Assembly: GCA_043827405.1 (NCBI GenBank)
Contig: JBDRPD010000108.1
Location: 32,001 to 96,000, forward strand
Length of the DNA: 64,000 nt
From: Elusimicrobiota bacterium
GTDB taxonomy: Bacteria; Elusimicrobiota; Elusimicrobia; UBA1565
Direction of reading: 5' to 3'
Below, piece after piece: positions 20,012 to 32,369 of this stretch. The notes beneath the pieces were generated by a model. The model was not told the DNA's origin. It saw nothing but the letters and a program-made list of their open reading frames with translations, and searched no databases. Position 1 is the first letter of the stretch. Every line of letters begins with the position of its first letter. The position numbers were made by a program, and so were the translations under genes.

Positions 20012-23000
20012 TCACATCTTCAGCAGGCTCTCCACCACCGGCGCCAGGTTCTTGTCCAGCGCCACCGCCTTTTTGGAGTACAGCTCAGCTTCGGCTCTTC
20101 TATCCAGCTTAAGCGCGGTCCGGGTAAGATTCATCCACACCCCCGCGTCTTCCGCATCGAGCTCGGAGGCCTGGGTATAGCGATTCATGGCGTCATGGAA
20201 GTCCCCGCGCACAAAAGACAGGCTGCCGAGGTTGTTATGCGCCGCCGCGTTGGTGGGCTCGAGCGCCAGCGCCTGATCGAACTGCTGCTTTGCCTCCGCC
20301 GCCTTGCCGTGCTGCACTTCGAGGATGCCGAGCAGGTTGATCAGGTCGACGCTCTCGCCCTCCTCCTTCACCCGGGCGTTGAGGTGCTCGCGCACGAAGC
20401 CGTAGCGGTCTTTGAGCAGCCGCGCGGCCTCGGCGTCGAAGCGTTTGGACGCCTCGCCGGCGTCGAGCTGGACGGCCTCGGCCTCGGATTTCGGCAGCGT
20501 CGCCGGCGCGTAGACCAGCCAGGATTTCCGGGGATCGGTTACCGCCACCTCGCTGTTCGCGCTCATCCCCCGGTACGCGTGCAGCGCCTTGCGCGTAGCG
20601 TCCTCGAACGTGGCGCCGATCATGGTCGCTTCCAGCGGCAGCCAAAACGATCCGTCGTATTCGATCATCCGGTCCCGGGGCAGGCCGACCTCCATCGGAT
20701 CGTTGGATCCGGTATCGAACATCATGGCGAGGTGACCGGGGTAGTCGAGCAGCGCGGTACGGACCGTCGCGCCCTCGAACAAAGAGGCCAGCAGCGTCAC
20801 CAGGTCGTCGCATTCTCCGCTTTTACGCCGCAGCGTCTCGCGCGGGAACTGGGTATAGTCGACCGGGAACGCCGGGTCTTCCGACATCTTCTCGAACGGG
20901 TTGTTCGGACTGGGGAGAAACTTGACGCCCGCCGCCCCCAGCGCCGACCAGATCCTGAGCGCCAAGCGGAGGTTTTCGTTGAGGTACTCGGTGCCGGGAG
21001 GGCCCGCGTCGCCGGCCTGCCGCAGAATCTCACGGCTCAGATCGAGCACCGGCGGATCCTTCGGCGTAATGTAGTTGGCGATACGCCGCGGATCCTCCCA
21101 GGTAATCGCGTTGCGGGAGTAGACCTTGAGCGGCAGCGCCTGCGAAACTTCCTGCTTATCGCCTTTCTCAAAGTAGGTCAGGGAAACCTCGGCCTGAATC
21201 GGCGTATCCTCCGACACTTCGAGTATGCGGTTATTGAGCGTCGCGACGAGCGGAATCTCGAGCTTCTCCCGGGGCCCCAGATTTTCGACGACCTTTTCGG
21301 TCGCGAAGTCCATGAAGTCCTTAAGCCGGAAGGACACTTTAACGTTCTTGAACGGCAGGTTGAGATTATTGACGATCACCGCCCGGCCGAGAGGATTGGT
21401 CAAATACCACTTATAATTCGCCGAGAAAACGTTGCCGATCGTAATAGTGGAGATCTCGATCGGCGCCTGATTGAACGCGCCGGGGATAAACACCTCCACC
21501 GGATCCGACAGCGGTCCCTGATCGCCGGTCCCCGCCTCCACGGCGACCCGGTAGTGATAAGTCTGATACGCCTCCACGGCGCCGTCTTGGGCCGCGGGTT
21601 TCTCGACCGCCGCGACCTCCTGGTAGGAGCCCCACGAACTGCTGGAGCGAAACACCCGGTAGCGCTTGATCCAGGGGTCCTTGCGCTCCGCCCACGTCAG
21701 CGCGACCTGCCCGTCCGCCGCGCGCGTCGATACATGCACCGGCGGCGCCAGCCGCGGATGCAGCTTAAACGCCACGATCCGGCCCGCGCCGGGATCGGAC
21801 ACGATCAGCTCATCCTCGACCACCGTCAGCGCGGACGGACGGCTCAGGCTGCGCTCGTCCTTGCCGCCGGCGAAGAAGTTCGTCACCCAGCCGCCGTCCT
21901 TGTCGAAAACCATCACCCGCTGATGCCCCTGGTCCAGCACGTACAGGTAGCGGCGGCCGTCGTAGGCGATGGCGCCGGGGGCGGCGAAATCCGCCACGCC
22001 GCTGCCCTGCGTACCCCAGGACTTAATGAAGCCGCCGGAGGGCTCGCACTTAAAAATCTTACGCAGGCCCTTATCTACGATGTAGATGAAGCCGGCCTCG
22101 TCCCAGACCAGGCCGACCGGCTCCGCGAACTCATGCGGGCCCACCTGCGGCCCGAAGCTGAAGAGAAACGAACCGTCCGGGCTGAAGGCGTCGACGCGGC
22201 GGTTGCCGGTATCGGCCACATAGATCGTTCCCTTCTCGTTGACCGCGATGCCGTGCGGGGCGCTGACCTTGCCCTCCTTCTTGCTGCTGTCGAAAAAACC
22301 GTCCTTGCCGCCGAAGCTCGAGTGGAAGGAGCCGTCCGGCGCGAACAGCAGCACCTGGTCCGAATCCGTCGCGGACACGTAGAGGCCGTACTTCGGGCTG
22401 GCGGCCATACCGCCCACGCTCTTGACCTCATCCTTGCCCTCGCGGTTGAAGCGGATCTCCTCTTTGCCGTCCAGACCGAAAACCACGAACTTTTTCTCCT
22501 TATCCAGAAAGGCGGCCAGCGTCCCCTTCTGCTGCGTAAGAGCGGAGGCGGACAAAGCGAACTTGCGCGACGGCCCGGTTACCGTCAGCTTGGTAACGAG
22601 ATTATGCGTCAGGCGCTTAACCTTGAGCTTATTGACGATCTTCACGCGCTGGAGGCGCCGGTTGCCGGTATCCACGACCACGATCTCGCCGTCCGGCGCC
22701 ACCATAATGCCCTGCGGCTTCTTGAACTGGCCGCTGCCCTGGCCGGTTACCCCGAAATTTCCGACGATGAAGCCGTCGGGGCCCAGCTCGCGGACCTTGC
22801 CCCTTTTGGTGTCGAGCATGTATATGAAGCCGTATGCGTCCACCGCGAAATCGTTTCCGTGCAGCTTGTATTCCCGCGCCACCGAGGTATCCGGATTGAA
22901 CTGCTGCAGCCGATTATTGCCCGCGTCAAGAACGTAAATATGGTCCGACAGCGTAACCTCTATGCGGGTCGGGTTTTTGAGTTTCCCCAGCTCGCTGCCC

Positions 23001-23508
23001 TTGCCGCCGAACTCGAACAGAAAGATGCCCTCCTGCGTAAAGACCTCAACCCGGTGGTTCCCGGAATCGGCGACGTAAACGCGCCCGTCCGCGCCCACGG
23101 CCACGGACTCCGGCCGGCTGAGCTGACCGGGCTGCGCGCCGCGAGTGCCGATCGTGCGCAGGAACTCCCCCTCCGCGTCGAAGACCTGGATGCGGGAACC
23201 GCGAGTATCCGCGACGAAGACATCGCCGCCCGGCCCCACCGCCACCCCCTTGGCGCCGGAAAAGTACGGGGTCTCGCCCGCCTTTGCCACCACTTTGATC
23301 TGCCGGCCGTCCTGAGCAAAAATGAGGAGCTCATTCTTCTTCTCGTCGATAACATACAGCCGCTCGGCCCCCGCCGCGGCGGCGGACAGGCGCCCGGCCT
23401 TTTCAATGGAAAGCGGCGGCTTAACAAATTCGATGCGGTCGAACGCCCGGGCGGACGGAATCGCCGCGGCCAGCGCCGCGGCGGCAAGCAAGCTGCTGAA
23501 AAACGGTT

Positions 23509-23512
<4 letters not shown>
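20012..23512 (-). CDS. Secreted NHL-repeat / FN3 / transglutaminase-like / TPR protein
   Basis: Signal peptide; many NHL repeats (VYVADSGNHRV); FN3-like LTW..YRVFRS..YHYRV; GECDD..PGH..PLEAT; terminal TPRs. Confidence 0.8.
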
Positions 23513-24934
<1,422 letters not shown>

Positions 24935-24945
<11 letters not shown>

Positions 24946-26437
24946 CAGAGGAACCTCCCCCGCTTATTGCGGCTGCCGGCGCCGGCAGCCGGGGCAGAGC
25001 CGCCTCGAGCGCCCGCGCCGCCCGCAGCAAAACGCCGTCTTCCGCCGGTCGTCCCATCAGCTGCACCCCGATCGGCAGTCCCGCGGCGCTGCGTCCGCAC
25101 GGCAGCGACACGCCGCAGTGGCCGGCGACATTGCACGGCGCGGTGTAGATATCGCCCAGGTACATCTGCAGCGGATCGGCTTTTTCCCCGAAGCGGAACG
25201 CCGGGGTGGGCGCGGTCGGGGTAAGAAGGATATCGGCCCGCGCGAAGGCGGCGGCAAAATCGCGTTTTACCAGCGTTCGCACCTGCTGCGCCTTCATATA
25301 AAAAGCTGCGTAATAGCCGGAGCTTAAAGCGTAGGTTCCCAGCATAATACGAAGCTTCACTTCGGCGCCGAAGCCGGCGCCGCGGCTCGTCCGATAAAGC
25401 TCGTCGATACCGCCCGCTCCGCCCGCATCGCGCACGCCGTAGCGGACGCCGTCGAAGCGCGCGAGATTCGAGCTCGCCTCCGCCGGCGCGATGATATAGT
25501 AGGCGCTCAGAGCGCAGCGCGTATGCGGCAGCGACACCTCCACCACCTCCGCTCCCAGCTCCCGGCAGGCTTGCGCCGCGCCGCGCACCGCCTGCTCGAC
25601 CTCCGGATCGAGCCCGGCGGCGAAATATTCGCGCGGCAGGCCGACGCGCAATCCTCCGATGCCGCCCGCGCTGGCGGCGGTGAAGTCCTCCGGAGCGCGC
25701 GCGGCGGAGGTCGAATCCGCCGGATCGTGTCCGGCGATAACGCTGAGGGCGAGAGCGGCGTCCTCGACCGTCCGTGCCAGCGGCCCGATCTGATCGAGCG
25801 AGGACGCGTATGCGACCAAGCCGTAACGCGAGACGGTTCCGTAGCTGGGCTTGAGCCCTACCGTGCCGCAGAAGGACGCCGGCTGACGGATCGAGCCGCC
25901 GGTATCCGAGCCGAGCGCCAACGGGACCATGCGTGCAGCCACCGCGGCGGCCGAACCGCCGCTGGATCCCCCCGGAACGCGCTCCGGGTCCCAGGGGTTG
26001 CGCGTCGGCGGGAAGGCGGAGTTTTCGGTGGATGAGCCCATGGCGAACTCGTCCATATTGGTCTTGCCCACGATGACCGCGCCCTCTTCCTTGATGCGGC
26101 GCACAACCGTTGCGTCGTAAACCGCACGGTAGTTCTTGAGAAATTTCGAGCCGCAGGTCGCCGCCGCACCGCGCACCAGCATATTGTCCTTGACCGCCAC
26201 GGGAACGCCGGCCAAGCGGCCGGCCGTACCGCCGGCCGCGACCCTGCGGTCGACCGCGCGCGCAGCGGCAAGAGCATCTTCTTCGAGGACCTGCAAAAAA
26301 GCGCGAATCCCGGGGTCCGCCGCGCGGATACGGCTCAGATGCGCGACCGCGACCGCTTCGGCTCGCAGCTCCCCGGCGTTGACGCGACGGGCGATTTCGC
26401 CGGCCGGCAGCTCGAGGAGCTGTCTTTCATCCGTCAT
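24935..26437 (-). CDS. gatA: Asp/Glu-tRNA amidotransferase subunit A
   Basis: GKTNMDEFAMGSS, PGGSSGGSAA, GSDTGGSIRQPA, SSNLARFDGVRYG. Confidence 0.97.
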
Positions 26438-27657
26438 TGGAGGAACAGCACATCGTCGGAGGCCTCGATATTGTCGAACGGCAGGCGGGAGGGCGGCGGC
26501 GCAAGCTCCTCATCGGAAGGAAGCGGCTCCAACGGAACATCTTTGGTCTCAGCGGGCTCACGGGCCGCCCGCTTTTCCTTCTTTTTCTTCCGCGGAGGCG
26601 CGGCCTTCTCCTCCGGCTCTTGCGACGCCTCTTGAGCCGCCTCTTGAGACGGCTCCTCGTCCGCTCCCGCGTCCTCGCCGCTGAAGTCGGACGCCGCTTC
26701 CAGATTGTCTTCGGCGGCTTCCTGATCCGCGACAATCGCGTCGATCTGCCCCTGAATGCTTTCCGCTTTGGCGGGATTGAGGGCTTTGGCTTGGCGCAGA
26801 TCTTCGATGGCGCCCTCCCGGTTGCCCAACTGGTTGCGCGCGACTCCCCGGTTGGCATAAGCCAGACCATGCATCGGCTTGAGCGCGATAACCCGGTTAA
26901 GGTCCTGCAGCGCCAGCTCATATTCCGCGAGCAGGAAGTAGGCGTTGCTGCGCAGATACAGCGCTTCATAATAGTCCGGGTGGTGCTTTAAAAATCGGGT
27001 AAAGTCGACTATCGCCTTCCGGTAATCTTTGAGTTCGCGGTAGGCCCGGCCGCGGTAGAAGTGCGCCCATTTGAAGCCGGGCGTCAGCTCGATGACGCGC
27101 GAGTAGTCGGCAGCCGCATACTTATGCTGTTTAAGCTTATCCTGAACCGTCCCGCGAACGATATAGACGACAGAGGCCTTGGGCGAGTACTTCAGCGCGA
27201 GATCGAGATTGGTCAGCGCCTTTTTGAGCTGGCCCTGTGAACTAAGCACGCTGCCCATGCCGAAATACGCCAGCGCGTATTTGGGATCGCTTTTGGCGGC
27301 CTTGACGAAATCCGCCCCCGCCCGCTCCAGGTCGCGCGTCACAAAACGGGCGAGTCCGCGCGCCGTGTACGTCTCAGCGCCGTTGGGACGCAGCTTGAGC
27401 GCGACGCGGGCGTCCCGGCGGGCGGAGACGATATCGCCCGTCGTCCACAGGCACATCGCGCGAAACGCCGACGCCGTCTTCCAGCCCGGCCGCTTATTGA
27501 TCGCCTGGGTCAGCAGATCGATCCCCTCATCAAACTGCGCCCGCTCATACGCTTCGATGCCTTCCCGCATCAGCCGCCTGGCCTCCGCGTTCGGCTCTCG
27601 GGGCTGGGCGGCGGCGGCGCAGGTACACGCCAATAGGACGACCGCGGCTGTTCTCAT
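26434..27657 (-). CDS. Secreted TPR protein with acidic tail
   Basis: Signal peptide; about 8 TPR motifs (AYANRGVAR...AIEDL); 4-nt overlaps with gatC and gatA. Confidence 0.85.
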   Translation of the reverse strand: MRTAAVVLLACTCAAAAQPREPNAEARRLMREGIEAYERAQFDEGIDLLTQAINKRPGWKTASAFRAMCLWTTGDIVSARRDARVALKLRPNGAETYTARGLARFVTRDLERAGADFVKAAKSDPKYALAYFGMGSVLSSQGQLKKALTNLDLALKYSPKASVVYIVRGTVQDKLKQHKYAAADYSRVIELTPGFKWAHFYRGRAYRELKDYRKAIVDFTRFLKHHPDYYEALYLRSNAYFLLAEYELALQDLNRVIALKPMHGLAYANRGVARNQLGNREGAIEDLRQAKALNPAKAESIQGQIDAIVADQEAAEDNLEAASDFSGEDAGADEEPSQEAAQEASQEPEEKAAPPRKKKKEKRAAREPAETKDVPLEPLPSDEELAPPPSRLPFDNIEASDDVLFLQ

Positions 27658-27947
27658 TCGATCACCTTGGGCACTGTGAAATAATCCCCGTCGGACTGCG
27701 GCGCCGCCGCGAGCAGCTCCTTGCTCCCGGCGAACGGCCGCGGGACATCCTCCCGCAGCACATTTGTCAAAGCCGAAGAGTGCGCGGCCGGAGGGACTCC
27801 GTCGGTATTGATCCGCCGCAGCTCCTCCATGTGCTCGAGCACCCGTCCCAGCTGCTGCGCATAGCGGGAGAGCTCGCCCTCCGTGAGCCGCAGCCGGGCG
27901 AGATGCGCGACATGCGCCACTTCCTTTTCATCGATCTTCATAAACAT
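27654..27947 (-). CDS. gatC: Asp/Glu-tRNA amidotransferase subunit C
   Basis: VAHVAHLARL, NVLRED, YFTVPKVIE; start could be 27953, 27947 or 27941. Confidence 0.93.
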   Translation of the reverse strand: MFMKIDEKEVAHVAHLARLRLTEGELSRYAQQLGRVLEHMEELRRINTDGVPPAAHSSALTNVLREDVPRPFAGSKELLAAAPQSDGDYFTVPKVIE

Positions 27948-27954
27948 CAACATC

Positions 27955-28032
27955 GGTACCGGTTATTAACATTAACTTTTGTATATGTGGGAAAGAGGCT
28001 TAACCCAAAAGTTAATGTTAATAACCGGCACC
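27955..28032. repeat. AT-rich 27-bp inverted repeat with 24-bp spacer (MITE/REPIN-like)
   Basis: GGTACCGGTTATTAACATTAACTTTTG (27955-27981) versus CAAAAGTTAATGTTAATAACCGGCACC (28006-28032); 26/27 complementary. Confidence 0.85.
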
Positions 28033-28047
28033 CTCCTCGGTGTCCTC

Positions 28048-30189
28048 CTATACGGGCGTCAGCGGCGCGTAGCGTAAAAGCAGTTTTTTCGTCTTGCCGC
28101 TGTCGAAGACTACCGTTACCTTCAGACCCTCCCCGGATCCGCTCTTGTCCGCGATGCGGCCGAGGCCGAACTCTGGATGCCGAACGCGCTGGCCGCTGCA
28201 AACCCTGGTTTGGGCCAATGGCACGATCGGCGCGATATCTTCAACGGGCTCCGCATGATAGCCCGCCAATTCCGCCTCCAGAATAAAACGCGACGGCAAA
28301 TTGGAGTATATCCGCCCGAACAAACGGCGCGTCGCCGCATGGGTCAGAAACAGCCGCTCCCGGGCGCGCGTCATCGCCACATGGCAGATGCGCCGCTCTT
28401 CCTCGAGCTCCTCCTCGGAAGCGTTGCCCGCGCCGATGGGAAACAGCCCCTCCTCAAGCCCGGTCACGAAAACGGACGGAAACTCCAGCCCTTTCGCCAG
28501 GTGGACGGTCATCAAGGTCACCGCCGGCGCGCGTTCGTCGTAGCCGTCCGCCCCGGACCGCAGCGCGACGTCCTCGAGAAAGCGCTCCAGCCGCGCGGGG
28601 GAGTCTTCCGTTCCCATCTCTTCAAATTCCTTAACGGCGTTGACCAGCTCCTGGATATTGTTCATCCGGCTGGTCGCTTCCGGATCGGTTTCCGCCAGAT
28701 TCTCCAGCCAGTCCCAGTAGCCGCTCCGATGCATCACGGACTGCAGCGTCTCGGTCGGCGCCTGCCGCGCCGCGTCCGCGGACAGGCCGTCAAGCAGATG
28801 CGCCAGCTCGCGCGCGCCGCGGCGCGCCGCGCCCGAGAGCTGGGGCACCAGGTCCGCCCGGCGCAGAGCGTCGCGCAGCGTGATGCCCGACTCGCGCGCG
28901 TACTGCGTGAGCCGCTCCTCCGCCGCTTTGCCGATGCCGCGCGCCGGCACGTTGAGGATGCGTGAGACCGAGATGCTGTCGCTGGAGTTGAGCGCCGCGC
29001 GAGCATAGGCGAGAATGTCTTTGACTTCCCGGCGCTCAAAAAAGCGAACCGAACCGACGACGCGGTACGGCAGCCGCGCCAAGCTCAGGGCCTCCTCAAA
29101 GGAGCGGCTCTGCGCGTTGGTGCGGTAAAAAATGGCGATATCGGAGAGCGCCTCCCCCTCATCGGCCAAGCCGATGATGCGGCGCACGATGCCCCGCGCC
29201 TCCTCGCGCTCGTCGGCGTACTCCACCGTGGTCACCGCTTCCCCCGCCCCCTTCTCGGTCCACAGGGTCTTGCGCACCCGCTTCTTGTTGTAGTTGATGA
29301 CGGCGGTAGCGGCCTCGAGGATATTGGACGTGGACCGGTAGTTCTGCTCAAGCTTCACGGACTTGGCGTCCTCGAAATCCGACTCGAACTCGAGGATGTT
29401 GCGGATCGTCGCGCCCCGCCACTGGTAGATCGACTGGTCCGGATCCCCCACCACGCACAGGTTGCGGTGCTGCGCCGCCAGCGTCTTGGTGATCAGATAC
29501 TGCGCGTAGTTCGTATCCTGGTATTCGTCGATGAGGATATGGGCAAAGAGCTTCTGATAATAATCCCGCGCGCTTGCGCTCTCGCGCAGGAGCTGGGAAA
29601 GCCTGAGCAGCAGGTCGCCGAAATCAAGGCTGCCGGAAGCGTCCAGCCGGCGCTGATACAGCTCGTAAACCTTCGCGACGTTCTGGCGAAAAACGTCTCG
29701 CTGCGCCATCGCATGGATCGCATAGGAGCCCGCGTCGAGCAGGTCGTCCTTGGCCCGGGAGATCACCGACACGTAAAGCCGGGCCTTGTTCGTCTCGTTA
29801 TCGAGCCCCAGTTCCTTGAGGCACTGCACGACGAGGCGCTTCTGATCGTCGGCGTCTAAAACGGTGAAGTGCGGCGTCAGCTTGAGCTCCGCCGCATGCC
29901 GGCGCAGCACCCGCACGGCGAAGGCATGAAAGGTGAACACCCAGACCCGCGACGCCTGGCCCGGCACCAGCGCATCGATCCGCCGGCGCATCTCCGCCGC
30001 CGCCTTATTGGTGAAGGTCAGCGCCAGGATGCGCGCAGGTGAGACCTCCTCGGCGATTAGCGAGGCGATGCGGTAAACGATGACGCGCGTTTTACCCGTG
30101 CCCGCGCCCGCGAGCACCAGCAGCGGACCGGCGCGATAAAGCGCGGCTTCCTTCTGCGGCGGGTTCAGTTCACACAGGTCGACGGACAT
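28048..30189 (-). CDS. pcrA: ATP-dependent DNA helicase PcrA/UvrD
   Basis: AGAGTGKT, TFTNKAA, DEYQD, VGDPDQSIY, NYRS, TVHLAKGLEF, EERR; C-terminal HPEFGLG Tudor-like domain. Confidence 0.93.
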   Translation of the reverse strand: MSVDLCELNPPQKEAALYRAGPLLVLAGAGTGKTRVIVYRIASLIAEEVSPARILALTFTNKAAAEMRRRIDALVPGQASRVWVFTFHAFAVRVLRRHAAELKLTPHFTVLDADDQKRLVVQCLKELGLDNETNKARLYVSVISRAKDDLLDAGSYAIHAMAQRDVFRQNVAKVYELYQRRLDASGSLDFGDLLLRLSQLLRESASARDYYQKLFAHILIDEYQDTNYAQYLITKTLAAQHRNLCVVGDPDQSIYQWRGATIRNILEFESDFEDAKSVKLEQNYRSTSNILEAATAVINYNKKRVRKTLWTEKGAGEAVTTVEYADEREEARGIVRRIIGLADEGEALSDIAIFYRTNAQSRSFEEALSLARLPYRVVGSVRFFERREVKDILAYARAALNSSDSISVSRILNVPARGIGKAAEERLTQYARESGITLRDALRRADLVPQLSGAARRGARELAHLLDGLSADAARQAPTETLQSVMHRSGYWDWLENLAETDPEATSRMNNIQELVNAVKEFEEMGTEDSPARLERFLEDVALRSGADGYDERAPAVTLMTVHLAKGLEFPSVFVTGLEEGLFPIGAGNASEEELEEERRICHVAMTRARERLFLTHAATRRLFGRIYSNLPSRFILEAELAGYHAEPVEDIAPIVPLAQTRVCSGQRVRHPEFGLGRIADKSGSGEGLKVTVVFDSGKTKKLLLRYAPLTPV

Positions 30190-30236
30190 ACCCAGACATT
30201 TTAACCTATGAGGGAGGCGGGGGGAACAGATTTAGC

Positions 30237-30866
30237 TTACTTCTTCCCGCCGAACAAGCCGCCGATGAAGTGGCCGAGCAGACCGCCGACCACGGCGCCG
30301 ATCAAGCCGCCGATCGGTCCGCCGAGCGCGGTGCCGATGATGGCGCCGCCCACGATGCCGAACGATGCGCCATAATCGCCCTTTTTGTAGAAGTGCGCTC
30401 CCGCCAGCGCCATCCCGGCTCCCGCCAGCGCGCCGAGAGGGCCGCCGGTGAAAAATCCCTGCAGGCCGCCGAGCAGCGCCGCCCCGCCGTAATGCGCCCA
30501 GTCCGGGAGATTCGACAGCATGCCGCCTTCCTTCTTCCCGCCCGGCGGCGATGGCACGCTGTCCGCATCCTTATTGGCGTCGGCCTGCGCCACCGTGAAG
30601 TTTCCCGACGCGCCGCGCAGACCGCTGCCGTTGACGGCATGCGCGGCGTTGACAACGCCGCCGCTGCCGTTTCCGTCCATGACCCGGCCGGCCAGCGCAT
30701 GCGAGGTCTCGTTGGAATGCGCCCCGGCCGCATAGCCGACATCGCCCGCCATCTCCTTGACCTTGCCGTAGGTGGGCGAAGCGCCGAATTCGACCGCGGC
30801 CTCCGCCGAGAAAGCGCAGGCGGTCAAAATCCCGCTTAAGATAACGGTGGACACGAATTGCTTCAT
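30237..30866 (-). CDS. Secreted glycine-zipper protein
   Basis: Signal peptide; C-terminal GxxxG arrays (GGAIIGTALGGPIGGLIGAVVGGLLG). Confidence 0.75.
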   Translation of the reverse strand: MKQFVSTVILSGILTACAFSAEAAVEFGASPTYGKVKEMAGDVGYAAGAHSNETSHALAGRVMDGNGSGGVVNAAHAVNGSGLRGASGNFTVAQADANKDADSVPSPPGGKKEGGMLSNLPDWAHYGGAALLGGLQGFFTGGPLGALAGAGMALAGAHFYKKGDYGASFGIVGGAIIGTALGGPIGGLIGAVVGGLLGHFIGGLFGGKK

Positions 30867-30944
30867 AGCCTATCATTAGGATACCGGCCGTTCCGCCGCG
30901 GCGTAAGAGCAGGGCGGCCCCCTATTTTCTGGGACCAAAGGCCT

Positions 30945-32351
30945 ATGCGCAGCACTTTCATACTTGCCGCCGCACTGCTCACCGCCGCCGCGTTGGGCGC
31001 CTTCGCTGAACCCGGCGCCACCTACGACGACGCCCCCGGAGAAACCGCGGCGCAAAAACCCGGCCTGTCGCCCGAAGGCGAAAAGAAGGTCCAGGAAATA
31101 CGTGAACGCATCGCCCGGGGCGAGCGCGTCGATGTAAAGCAGGCGTTCTCGGGGCTCATGGAAACGGAACTCAGGAATGCCTGGCCCCTGATCGACCAGC
31201 TGGCACGAGAACTAAGCAGCAACGGCAACGCCGATCTCACCCAGGCGCGAATGGGAATGTGGCGGCAGTATATCGACAAATACAACGACATGCCGGAAGG
31301 TCATATCGGACTGGGAGAAAGCAGCGCCGACAGCGAAGACTATGAGGGGGCGGTGCTGTCGTTTTCCCGGGCGATCGAGCTTGGAGCGCTGCGGCCGGAC
31401 CTGTTCTACAAGCGGGGGCTCGCCGCGGACCGCATCGGAGACTATGAGCTCGCGCACCGCGACGCGGCGATGACGCTGAAAATGGAGCCGGACGATCAGA
31501 AAGCCTTATCGCTCTTCAAGCTCACGCGCGACCGTCCCTCCAAGACCTATATCGACCTGCAGACGGGACGGCTCCTCGCCGCCGCCGCCGCCGTCGCGCC
31601 GCAAAGAGGCGGCGCCTCCGCCGCAGCCGCGCGCATACCCGGAGACAAAACCGCCGCTATCCCGGCGGAGACCGACCCCGTCATGCGGTCCACGCACCGG
31701 ACGCGCGACGCACAGCACTACCTGCAGCTGGGCAACGCGGCGGCGGCGGCCGCGGCGGCGAAAAACGCCATCGAGCTTAACCCGCGAAACGCCCAGGCGC
31801 ACAATCTGCTGGCCACCGCCGAAGAGCGCGCGGGCGATCATAAGGCCGCGATCAAAAACGCCACGCGGGCTCTCGAGCTGCAGCCCGGCAGCGTCCCGGC
31901 GCTGAATACGCGCGCCTGGTCCAAAAGCGGCCTCGGCCATTTCGCGGCGGCGCTTGACGATGCCCGCGGGATATTGACCGCTGATCCCTACAACGCTTTC
32001 GGCCATGTAAACAAAGCGCGCGCGCTCGGCGGGCTTGGCCGGCGTTCGGAAATGATGGAGGCCCTGAGCCGCGCGGCCCAGTTCGACGAACGCTTTACCG
32101 GCCTACGGGACCAGGCGCTCCAGCTCACCTCGGACGCGGACACCGAGCTGCTGTTCGCAGGGCTGTTCGGCGGCGCGACCTCCGCCGCGGCGGCGCCCCC
32201 GCGGCCGGGACGCCGCAAGCGGTTTCTGCTGCTGATTATCTCCTGCATGCTGGGCGGCCTGCTGGTGGCGGCGGGAGTACTGCACATCTTCGCGCCCGGG
32301 CGCAACGAAGCAGAGGGGCGCAAGCGCTCGACTCGACGCGGCCAGCGCTGA
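30945..32351 (+). CDS. Signal peptide + TPR + C-terminal TM protein
   Basis: MRSTFILAAALL signal; two TPR clusters; TM FLLLIISCMLGGLLVAAGVLHIF. Confidence 0.8.
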   Translation: MRSTFILAAALLTAAALGAFAEPGATYDDAPGETAAQKPGLSPEGEKKVQEIRERIARGERVDVKQAFSGLMETELRNAWPLIDQLARELSSNGNADLTQARMGMWRQYIDKYNDMPEGHIGLGESSADSEDYEGAVLSFSRAIELGALRPDLFYKRGLAADRIGDYELAHRDAAMTLKMEPDDQKALSLFKLTRDRPSKTYIDLQTGRLLAAAAAVAPQRGGASAAAARIPGDKTAAIPAETDPVMRSTHRTRDAQHYLQLGNAAAAAAAAKNAIELNPRNAQAHNLLATAEERAGDHKAAIKNATRALELQPGSVPALNTRAWSKSGLGHFAAALDDARGILTADPYNAFGHVNKARALGGLGRRSEMMEALSRAAQFDERFTGLRDQALQLTSDADTELLFAGLFGGATSAAAAPPRPGRRKRFLLLIISCMLGGLLVAAGVLHIFAPGRNEAEGRKRSTRRGQR

Positions 32352-32369
32352 GCTCGCAAGCGTTTAGTA

